A stretch of 64,000 nt of DNA, from NCBI GenBank assembly GCA_965112155.1, contig OZ218102.1. One strand, written 5' to 3'. The translations under genes were made by a program, and so were the position numbers. The stretch is from Podarcis liolepis. Lineage: Eukaryota. Under the pieces are notes generated by a model. The model was not told the DNA's origin, made no database searches, and saw nothing but the letters and a program-made list of their open reading frames with translations. Shown here piece after piece: positions 28,001 through 38,470 of this stretch (position 1 is its first letter; every line of letters begins with the position of its first letter).

Positions 28001-31000
28001 CATCCTGCCCTTTTAACAGGGAGTGTTCCACCTTTCAGCTTATAATGTCAAGTTGCCACTGATGGTTCCAGTTACCATCTGGCCGGAGCTTATATTTCTC
28101 TAAGCATTTATTGTTTTGCAGTGGTCCAAATGACATAATTAGCAAACCGTTCTGTTATGTGACTTGGGAATCTCACCACTACATTGCAAAACTTGTTAGA
28201 ATTCGCCGTTAATTTCTAATGGCTAGGGCTATATTTATTCCTCACACATACAATCTAGCTGTGGCTCTCTGGTAGTGTCCGCTTGCTTCCTTTTCTTTTT
28301 CGAGAAAAAGTTGCTTGTCCTCATTACCACTCAGTGCATAAGGGAGGTGCTCGAAAGAATCTCTTAAAATTGGGTAAATGGGTATTAAAATGGAAAATAT
28401 GACTCAATTAAAAGTGATGTACCTGGGACAAGAAATCCTAACTTCACTCATGCATTAATAGAGTCTGGACTGGTAGTTCCTGGCCAGGAAAGAGATGTTG
28501 GAGTCATGATAGCTCAGGCTTCCTCAACTTTGGCCCTCCAGATGTTTTTGGCCTACAACTCCCATGATCCCTAGCTAGCAGGACCAGTGGTCAGGGATGA
28601 TCGGAATTGTAGTCTCAAAACATCTGGAGGGCTGAAGTTGAGGAAGCCTGTGATAGCTGAATGAAAATGACCTATTTATCTTTGTGCTGCTGATGAAAAC
28701 TGATTTAGGCTGCACACTGTCATTTGCTCCTAAGAATAATCAGTATTGTGAACTACCAAGTATGTTCAGCTTTAATAACCTTAAAGTTGAGCTCTAGTGT
28801 ACAGCAGATCTGTTGATCATAACAGATTTGCGCCGACTCACTCTACATCTGAATCGGAATGTTGAAGGGAAGACAGAAATGTGCTACCTGCCCAGTGAAG
28901 GCACCATTAATCCAGCAACACTCAAGTTACAAGGACAGAACAAAACATCTTTTTATGTTGGTGAAGCGTATCTGGAGACTTTTTGTTCCCTGTGTTTTGT
29001 TATCTGACTCTTGTATTGCAGATGACTTTCCCACATTGAGTTTCGGTATATGCTCTGAAAATGCGTTCTCAGATTTCGCATGTGTAAACAATTATCTGTG
29101 TTTGAGTAGACTGGTAAAATCATTTGAGGGTCAATAATACATGAATTTTTGGCAGGTTGCCTAGGCTGGAGTTTGTGAGGTTCTTTTTTTAAAAAAGTTA
29201 CTTTGCTCACTGTAGAAGTTGAGCTGTATTTTTGCAATCAATGGGGCTTGCATTTGCTGTACCTGATGGGTGCCAGGTTCCTTTGTTCTGGGCCAAAACA
29301 AATATTTTGTTAAGCTTTAAATATATTGTTATGAGAAGTGCCATGCCAGGAGGCATTTCTGCCACCACAGAATGGTAAGCACTATATTCCTGTTGGTAAC
29401 CAACCAAGAATTGCTAGGTGCATGGGTTTCTGGTGCCAGGTCAACATATTTATAGGATTGTTGAAGCAGAGATATGACTTTATGTTCACATTTGTACAGA
29501 CACCAAACTAGATTTGTGGATACACCAGTGAGTGGAATACTTTCTAAGTAAAGATGGTACTTCTGAAAGCTGATGGTACAGACTTGTGCAAACAGAAGTC
29601 CTCATGCAGGGTTTCTGCTGATGGGACTTGTTAGGTGCATCCTGCTCAAAGTGTTTGCAATCCAAAATAGCTAAGGATATGAACAATGAACCCAACTGTT
29701 GTGATGTGTGTGTTTATCCCCTATACAATTCATTTGTGTAGATTAACCTTTATAAACAGATGGATAATCTTGATCTTTCAAGATGCCCTTTCATGATGGG
29801 TTCTGCTGTGTTTGTTAAGCTGAAAAATATGAGGGCTTGAGCAATGTGTTAACAATAGCCCGAGAGAAGCGTCATTGGGAAGAAGTTATGCCACCACACA
29901 TGTTGATGCTGGTCTACCTTGTTTGGAACTTTGGCTTTTCCTGGAAAACTAACTTTGTAATACTGTCAAAGATAGAAAATAGCCATTTTAAGGTGTGCTT
30001 TGCAAGAAACGTGAAACCAGCTTTTCCATTTACAGTAACTAGCACCAATGTTATACTATTCACAGTGTTTTTTTCTTGAATTCCCGTTCCACACAAAGCA
30101 AGCTGACACTGATTTATACACCTGCTGGTAGTAGCTTAGCAACGTCATAGAGGAAATTCTTAGGAACTTCTCTAAACACATTCTGTTAAACAGAACCATT
30201 GCCAGTTGTAAAACAGAGGTCAAGAAGTGTTTAACAACTTCTTCAAAAGGGACTGTTGTTTACTTTGTTGACTTAAAGAGAAAATAATCCTAAAGAGACC
30301 TTTTCTTGCCCTAGCTGTAACACAAGACAGCTGTTTTGAGTAGGCTACATTTAATTTAAACCTCAATTATATTGCATTACTCATTGAAGCGCATAAATGT
30401 CTTGGGAAGAGTCCTGTAACACCTTCTAAAATGTTTAAACAGACTGAGTGTTTCACATAGTTCCAAGGAAAACTTAGTGTTTTCACTTCATATGGTATGT
30501 ATTTGGGGAGAAACCAGAGAACTTAAGTGATGGTCTAAGCATCCGAAGACACATATCTGCCTGCAGCATCTGCTTAACATGCTTCAAGATGTTTGTTTTT
30601 GAGCTAATAATTGCTAAAATGGCTTTTATTTCTTTAGAACTATGATCATTTACCCATCATGCTGAAGCTAAAAGAAGCCAACATTTTGAAAGGGCAAGGG
30701 GGGGGGGAGAAATACTGTATTCCAAAGTAGAAAGGAAGTTCATTTCTTTTCCCCCCACCCCTCTCTATTCCTTTTAGGTGATGTATCGCCAGTGCACATG
30801 AATCCCATTTCACAGTCCCAGTTCGTTCCTTTGGCAGAAGTCTTGTGTTGTGCTATATCTGATATGAATGCAGCTCAAATTACCGTTACACAGGAAACCT
30901 TACTGGATCAGCTGGGGAAACATTACCCAGGTAATCTGTTAAATCATGGGTTGTTGACACTTCACATAAACATTGGACTCAAGGGGGGTTTGCAGCTAGC

Positions 31001-34000
31001 AGAGTGAAAGAATGCATGCTGTCTGGGGCCAGGAAAGCAATTAGAATTCCCTTTGTAAATCAGCAGATGAAAAACAAAACACAGGATCTAAGTGTTCTAA
31101 CTCACACTGCATTACAAATCTGGGCTGCCAGCTTGCAGTCATCAAAATTCATGGGGGTTGGGGGGAATTAGATATCAGGAGCATAAAGATGGTTGTGTGA
31201 AAACAATGTGGGCAAAGAATATACCAGATGAGCAAACCTACATGATACATGTATTTGTCACAGTAACACTTTCCATTTTCAGTATATTATATTTACATCC
31301 AAAAACATATAAGTAGTCTTTAGTGTGTGTGATTTTTTTTTTTAAAAAAAGATCCCTCATTAGGCAGCACCGAGGTGCCTAATAATATAATATCCAACTT
31401 TCCTTCACACTTGAGCACAGGAATGAGAAGCCTGCATCCCTCCATACTTTGTTGGATTTCATCTCCTTTCAGCTGCAGTCAGCACAGCCAATGGTCAGAG
31501 ATGGGAGCTGTAGTTTAACAACATCTGGGGGGCCACAGGTTCTGTTCCCCTACTCCAGCTTTATCATGAGTGAGAACAGAACCCAGGATGAAGCAGTGCA
31601 GATATGAGATGGGTTGATTCTCAGCGGCTGAAACCACTAGAGATGGAGCAGATCCATACACCTCTTTTTACTTCCCCCCTCATCAGAATGAATGGCAGCC
31701 ATTCTGTGTGGCAAAAGTAGCATGCTGGAGACAGCTGTAAATACCGGCACTTAATGGCCTGCCCTTGTACACTTTGTGTCTGCAGCATGGAGAGCATGCA
31801 AGGACCTCCCCACAAGAGACTCCTGTGTCAGTCTTCCTTCCATGTATGTCCCACTCATCATAACTGCAGGCAGTTTGCTGATTTACAAATAAATGGATGT
31901 TATGAGGCTTCACCTTTACAAATCACCCTTTGCTGAACTGGAGCGGTAAACTTGCCTTTTGCTTAGTCTAATTGAGGGAAATGAAGTTGTAGGAGGTGGC
32001 TCATATTAAAACAATGAGTTTAGCTACATCTGTGCAGAATGTGCCTTTCCCTCCTGGACTGTGGCAGAAATCAGAACCTGACTGCACTTCCACTTTTGGG
32101 TCCAAGCACTTTTCTTGGCTGCAAATATATTGGCAAACTGCCAATTCTGCACTTCGCTTTGCTTTGTTGTACTGCCCATACTCTTGAGTCAAAATTTGCT
32201 ACTAATCTGAAGGGAATTGTAGGATGTCAATGCTGAGTAAGCCCCCTTTGCCCTACTAAGTGTGTTTGCTTCTTAATCCTAAAAATGGCTCAGTAATTTG
32301 TGTGGTAGGGGTTTCACTAGCCACCCTGGAGACTCCAATGAGCCTGTAAGGATTGATGATGGATTTTGTCTGCAGGTCACGCATTTGAAAAACCTTCAGT
32401 TTGGAAGCATTCTAAATAAGTATTTTATTGTTCATGTTTTGAAGCAACCCCTTTAGTGTGTATTTGCTGCCCCCTCTTGTCCAACCGGGAGAAGACATAT
32501 TGCCTTTAGCATTAAAGGAAGACAATTGTTCCATATAAAAATCTATGGTGCATCCATATGAATAAGTTAAAGTCAGAAATCAGTTAGCTGTAAGCAATTA
32601 AAGTCAGAAATCAGTTAGCTGTAAGTAATCCCCCCTCTTTTCCATTTGGAAAAAGATTGGGGCTGCAGTTGTATGTGCACTTACTCAGGAACAATTCCCA
32701 TGAAACACAACAGTAATTTATTCTGAGAAAGCACACACAGGAGCAGGCTACAACAGTGGTTTACGGCATAAATTTGTTCTGACCCAGAAATGTGGTAATA
32801 GTTATAAACTATTTTTCATATTGACTATGCCACAGAAATGACTAATACTATAATATCATCCCTTTTATTCTAGGTATTGCAACTCCCACACATGATATTC
32901 TATATAGTACACTTGGGATGCTAATTAAAGAACGGAAGATATATCACACTGGGGAAGGATATTTCATAGTGACCCCAAATACATATTTTATCTGTAATAA
33001 TGCTATGAAAAACAACAAGAGGGTCCTTTTGGAAGATAATTGCCCTCAAGAGCCTTCTGTTACATACCTTGTAAGCGTGGAAGATGCTGCAGAACTTCTA
33101 CAAAATAATTTCCCTATTGCATCCCATTGCAGATCCTGCCATTGTTTCCCTGGGCAGACTGCAGTCAATGAGCAACATGTCAGCCCTCAGCCTAATGGGA
33201 AAAGTCAAAAAGGGTCTTGTGAATCCAGATTTTCAGTTCATAATCAGGCCACTAGTACACTTGGTGAGAACCGTTCTTGTGGAGCTGCACACTATATGCA
33301 GTCAGGGAAAGAGAAGGAGAAGATTAAGAAGTTTGGACTTAGCCTTTTCTGGCGCAACACTTCCAAGAAAGAAAAACCAAAGAAAGTGCACACTTCATTT
33401 TCCGCCCAGTTTCCTCCTGAAGAATGGCCAGTCAGGGATGAAGATAATTTGGATAATATCCCACGTGATGTTGAACATGAAATTATCAAACGCATTAACC
33501 CTGTGCTGACTGTGGACAACTTAACCAAGCACACTGCACTGATGCAGAAAATAGAGGAGCAGAAAAAATATATCAGTAAAGGAACCTCTACAGAAGTGTT
33601 GACAATGAAGCACAAACATCTTCCCAAAGGGTTCACTCAGAAGAAACAAAATAAAGCTGCAAAGCATCGCAGGAAACTGCAGTCCAACAAAGAAAAGCAC
33701 GTTAATAAGTCACCAAGGGAGTTTAAAAGTGATGACCAAATACCAGCTAATAGCAAACTGGAAAACTGTATTGAACATCCATCATCTTGTATTACAAATG
33801 AAACTACAGTTTGCAATCAGCAGTTGTGTGAGGATGCAATCAATGTTGAATCTCACTTTATATACAAAAAAGAAGTTACTAATCCATTTAAAGATATTTC
33901 TTGTAAAGGGAATAGGTCAGCAAAAGGACATAGGAGTCAGAAAAACTATGATGTAAAGTTCGGAGCTCCAAGATCAGAGAAGAATTTCCCACAGTCCTGG

Positions 34001-36344
34001 TCTCTGGATTCCTCAAGAACTGTGGACTGTAAAGCTAAGCAATCAGTCAGCATCAAATGTGATGCTGAAGACGACAAAATGAAACAGTTAAATTACCTAC
34101 AATGCAAGGTTTTACAAAAAGAAGTCAAATATAGTTGTCTAGAGGAAAGTGCAGCTTGCAAAGGTAATTTGCATAGAAGGGCAGCCCCAAAAAGTATGGA
34201 GATGCAGGCAGTGTCTAACACTTCTGCTGCATTTGTGGATGAAGCAGTAGTGGAGAAAATGCATCCTCAGAACTCCAGTCAAACTCACCAGTGTGATCAA
34301 ACTGGCTTGCTGGGTCAAACAGCACTCCAACCAACTGATACCCATCTTCCCAGTGAGGCAGATGCTCAACAATTTAAACAATCTGAAAATATTGTTGCTC
34401 ACAGACAAAATGATAATTTAAAGAGTGAGTGTACTAACATGAACAAATGGCTTGAGTCTGTTAACCCACAAAATGAAAGATTCACTTATGATAAACCGAC
34501 TCCATATCAAGAATTGGATGATGGTAACACTTGTAGTTCTCTATATCATGGTGATGAAGAGCAACATGATGTGGATTTGTCCAAGCCGCAATCCAGCCAA
34601 CTCCCATATAATTCTTCAGATACAGGGAAATGGAACAGCATAGAACAAGAACTGGGCTCAACTGTGTTGGGAAATGGAAGTGTTAATTCTCATTTCTCAA
34701 GGTACAGAATTGATACAGACGGCGTTGGTCCCTGTGAGTGTGAAGAAAATGAATTCCTTGGTTTTTCTAGATCTAAGGATAGCTTAAAAGAGTATCAGAA
34801 GATGAGCCCAGAAGGAGGAAGTTGTGTGTGCCACCAGCTATCTCAGTTTGCCTACAAAAGCAATGAAGAGCGAGAGGATGTTTATGAACGTGGGCAGACA
34901 CCTGATGCTGCTGAACCCTGTTTGTTTGATTTCTATGATGTGCATGAGGCAGAGACCAGAGTTTGGCAGAAGTCAGTAAATGAAGTGGGTGGAAAATTAG
35001 CATCCCTGATGCTGCCACCAAAAGGCTGGGAAATTAAGACAAATGATACGAGAAAGCAACAGTTGTTGGATAAAACTGATGCTGCAGTTCTAGATCAGTG
35101 TGTCCAGTATGAGCAAAACCACTTGGAAGGGACGGGAAACCACAGCATAACAGGAGACAGCGGGATAGATTCTCCAAGGTAAGAACAACTGTTACAAGTG
35201 ACTTTCTTAAACACAAAGAATGTTAATGGTATTTCTTGTACACATATGTGAATCGTACTTTAAGGGGTTTTTTAACAGGGCCTTCAGCTCTGCACTGGAA
35301 AAATGCAGATTTCCTATTGGCATAGATAACTCTCAACTCTGTTCACATGGGCCTTTCAGGACCTTGCAAGGCTGGGAGAGCACAGTCCTATAATGAAACA
35401 TGGCATTTTCCTTGTCCTTGAATGCAAGGAGTCCTCATGAATGCCTCATGAATAACTTTGCCCACTTAAACAACCTTTTAAATACAATGCTCTAATTGTC
35501 ACATGTGTGTATGAATGGTCAAATCATGTATACCACTACCAAATTCTGAATGGCAAAGGTAGGTGATTGTATTCAGTCAATCCTGATGTAAGGGACCTTA
35601 CGACATGCCCAAGTGTCTGCAGGGATAGCAGGTGGTAGTACAGAGTACTCTTACTGCAGCACAGCAGGTGGAAGAAGTCCTCTTCTCAGTACTGTCACTG
35701 TACACTTGCTTCTGTTGCTCAGGAACAGCACTGCTAAAGAAAAGCGGAAATCAGGTATTGCAGGAAGGCAAGAAAAGGCCAGGAAAGATATCCCAGTAAG
35801 TGGGTCTGGGTAAACTGTCAAGTTAAATAATGTATACTATCCTTCACTAACCTGGTGCCATCCAGATGTTTTTGGCTGTGGCTGATGGGAGTTGTAGTCC
35901 AAAACATCAGGAGGGCATCAGGTTGGTGAAAGATGATGTATAAGGAACACTTGCTGGCTGCATCGTATTATGACTCCATATTCCTTACCCTTCAATTGAA
36001 ATAAATAGTATAATTTCCATAATATTCTTGAGCTGATTCAAAAGAAAGATGACTTTTTTGTACTTGTTTAGCCACCCAGCATTTCTTTTGGTAATTTATG
36101 GAGAAATAAGTCACTCTGAATGTTTGAATATGGAAAAATAGGTTTCTTATTTAATCTTCTGTTTTACAAAATAATAATTTTTAGAACACAAAGTCTGGCA
36201 TCTGCGAATTCTGCCATCTTAGATGGACTGAAGAAAAGACGAAGTTTTCTCATGAACTTGGAAGGCATAGAGAAGACTATACATAATGGAAAGACTCTGA
36301 CACGAAGCTCCTTGCTTCAGTTGACTCCAGTCATGAACATTTAA
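17285..36344 (+). CDS. STOX1: Storkhead-box protein 1 (winged-helix transcription factor), complete
   Basis: Exons 17285-17663, 30778-30930, 32874-35178, 36185-36344 (TAA 36342-36344) total 2997 nt = 998 aa. Diagnostic: [12 protein letters not shown]...[52 protein letters not shown]...[39 protein letters not shown] (storkhead domain), [35 protein letters not shown]. Confidence 0.96.
20552..20878 (+). mobile_element. Sauria SINE with 13-bp TSD (STOX1 intron 1)
   Basis: GGGACCCGGGTGGCGCTGTGGGTT...GGTTCGAATCC...CCCTTTACCTTT; TSD TATTTTATTGCAA at 20539-20551 and 20879-20891. Confidence 0.9.
20944..21249. mobile_element. Non-autonomous hAT DNA transposon (~305 bp)
   Basis: TIRs CAGGGGTAGGCAA / TTGCCGACCCCTA, subterminal GGCCC repeats, degenerate 8-bp TSD GATTATAG / GATTACAT. 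Confidence 0.75.
21966..22041. repeat. Compound microsatellite (TGC)n(TCT)n
   Basis: Directly visible; abuts a minus-strand L2-like tail (AAAGCGGTTTACAGC). Confidence 0.95.
22262..22470 (+). mobile_element. Older tRNA-derived SINE (Squam3/MIR-like)
   Basis: GTGTGGTGTAGT...GGTTCAAATCCCCACTC...GTGACCTTGGGCCA...ACCTCACAGGGT...AATAAATA; similar copies at 46843-47060, 23810-23975 and 2530-2630(-). Confidence 0.75.
26109..26355. mobile_element. Tc1/mariner-type non-autonomous element, TA target duplication
   Basis: TA|CAGTCATACCTCGGGATG ... CATCCAGAGGTACCACTG|TA; related elements at 42377-42587 and 60827-61313. Confidence 0.8.
28515..28650. mobile_element. Palindromic hAT MITE (136 bp) with perfect 8-bp TSD
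   Basis: Perfect 16-bp TIR CAGGCTTCCTCAACTT / AAGTTGAGGAAGCCTG; TSD TGATAGCT at 28507-28514 and 28651-28658. Confidence 0.9.
32567..32628. repeat. Tandem duplication, 2 x 31 bp
   Basis: TTAAAGTCAGAAATCAGTTAGCTGTAAG(C/T)AA twice. Confidence 0.9.
35840..35932. mobile_element. Internally deleted palindromic hAT-type MITE
   Basis: CTTCACTAACCTGGTGCC...GGGAGTTGTAGTCC...GGCATCAGGTTGGTGAA inverted arms. Confidence 0.6.
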
Positions 36345-36522
36345 TTTTTCTTATCAGGTTTTGATAATTCCTTTGTAAATATGTTAATATATTTACTGTA
36401 AATTCTTTGAACTGTCGTATACATTAAAGTAGGTAAAATCATTATATTCTCATAATAAGATGTATTAAAACTTTGTAATAAGCATTTTTTCCAGTGACTT
36501 TCTCTAATGTTTTATTTCTAGT

Positions 36523-36528
36523 AATAAA
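36523..36528 (+). terminator. STOX1 polyadenylation signal AATAAA
   Basis: AATAAA ~180 nt after the stop codon in an AT-rich UTR. Confidence 0.65.
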
Positions 36529-37499
36529 TTATATTGCAGAATTGATGATCTCAAGTTGCACTTTATTCCGATTGTCTCCACAAACCATTTAGGATGCCAA
36601 CTTGTTCCAAGTGTCCCATGACTGTGCTAGATCAGTCCAAGCAATGATCCTAAGGGTAATTACTGATGCACCCCAAACCAGGAGTTAATGCGTACGCATG
36701 CATGCATGCACACAAACACACACCCTTAGCTGTGCAGTGATTCCAGTGAATTTGGTGGTCAGGATAGAAGTCCCATCTTCATATAATACAAGTTTATTTC
36801 AATTTGCTGCCATAAGGTGAGATGATGGCCACTGGCTCAGATGCGTTTTAAAGGGAATTAGGCAAATTCACAGGGTACAAGTCTAGCTGGTTTTAGCCAT
36901 AACAGTTAACTAGAATATCTGTGTTCAGAGGCAGTGTATCTGAATACCAGCTGCTGAGGACATACAGTATAGAAGAGAGCCGTTGCCTGGTTGGTTACTG
37001 TGGGAAGCAGTAGGATGCTGGACTAGATTTGTCTCTGAGAAATTCTTAAGATTCCTAAGGTATCATTAGAATCAGGTCAGCTTAGGAAATACGTGATCCT
37101 AAGAAAAGAGCCAACTCCAAGGGGCGGAGGGGTCTTCGCCCCCCAAACATAATATTTGAGAGGACCAGCCCCCCCCCCAAGTTGATGGGCATTGCCATTC
37201 CAACTGTGTGTGTGCCTCATCCTGTGATTCAATTATGCGGGGCAGGGCTTACCTGGGCCCTCCATATTTTATTCAAGTTGGCCCCCCTGCTCTGGGCATA
37301 TGCAGAGTGCAAATTCTTCAGCGAAGCGGGGGGGGGCGTTTCCTTACAAAAACCCTACTCATTTTAAAGTTTAGACTTTCGGTTACTTTAAAGCGTGGGC
37401 AGTGGGGTGGCGGTGGTGGCTGCAGCACATAATCGAGAAGTGGGGGGGGGGGTGCCAGCCCAGTTTGATTCAGCCAAGTTGCCACATATCTCTCTTCTT

Positions 37500-38470
37500 T
37501 TCACCGCTGGGATTTACTGCTTGGCCTCCGGCAGCAGCGACAGGACTCAGGCCAGAGGGAAACGGTGCTGAACGGTACGGAAACCTTTCGGCTTCACCCC
37601 CGAGGCCGCCCTCTCGCCTGCCACCTAGTGCGGCGGCGACAGCAGAGCCAACGCGGAGAAAGACGGCGATGACTCACCGAGGGGGGGAGTGTCCGTTTAC
37701 CGCGCTTCACCTCAGGGGAGGCGGAGCAGCGGGAGCTGCTAGCCGGGGACAGTCGCACTCGCCGCCTGGGAATGGGCTGCCTCGGCCGCTGCCTCACGCA
37801 GCACTGCGCCCGCTTGCCGGCCCTGCAGGCTTTGGGCCTCGTCCGCTTCCGGGCTTTGCTCTCCTCCCGCGCCACCAGCGACCGCTCGGCTTCCTCAGCC
37901 CCGGGCCTCCGCACGCTTCGCTCCCCCTGTTGGCGGGGCTGGGCCTGGCCAAGAGCCGCCTCCCGCAGCCAAGCGCCGCCTCGCTTCCTCGTCAGCAGCG
38001 CCGCCGGGGCGGGGCTCTTTCCTTTTACCCCGGCGTCGGCCTTGAGCAGCCGCTTGTGCCACCACCTCAGCGGAGAAGAGTCCCAGGAAATGCCCGCAGC
38101 CCCCCGGCCAGACTACGAGAGCGAGGACGAGATGGAGCCCCGCACCCCGATGGACGCCGAGGCCGCCCTGGAGGGCAGCGGCAAGAAGCGCAAGGTATCC
38201 GGGGAGAGGGAGAACGGGAGAAGACGCCGGGCCGGCTGGGCCTCGTGGCCGCGAGTGGAGAGGCGAGCCGGGCCCGGGAGGAGGAGGAGGAGGAGGAGGA
38301 GCCAAAGGCGGCTTCTCTTCCTCAGCCGCGGCCCTCGGCGGCCGCGTAGTCGAATTCTCGCTTCTCGGAAGCGCAAGAGCGCGTGCGGGCGAGCCGCTGC
38401 CACGCGGCTGCCTTTAACAACGTGGGCCTCGCCAGTCTTGCTTCGCTCCTCCAACTTCCCCCCCCGGCCG
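37500..38470 (+). promoter_or_regulatory. CpG-island promoter of DDX21 with AP-1 (37670-37676), ETS (37846-37852), GC box (38006-38014) and TCT/TOP-like initiator (38015-38026)
   Basis: GC/CpG-rich block containing TGACTCA, CTTCCGG, and GGGGCGGGG immediately followed by CTCTTTCCTTTT. Confidence 0.8.
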
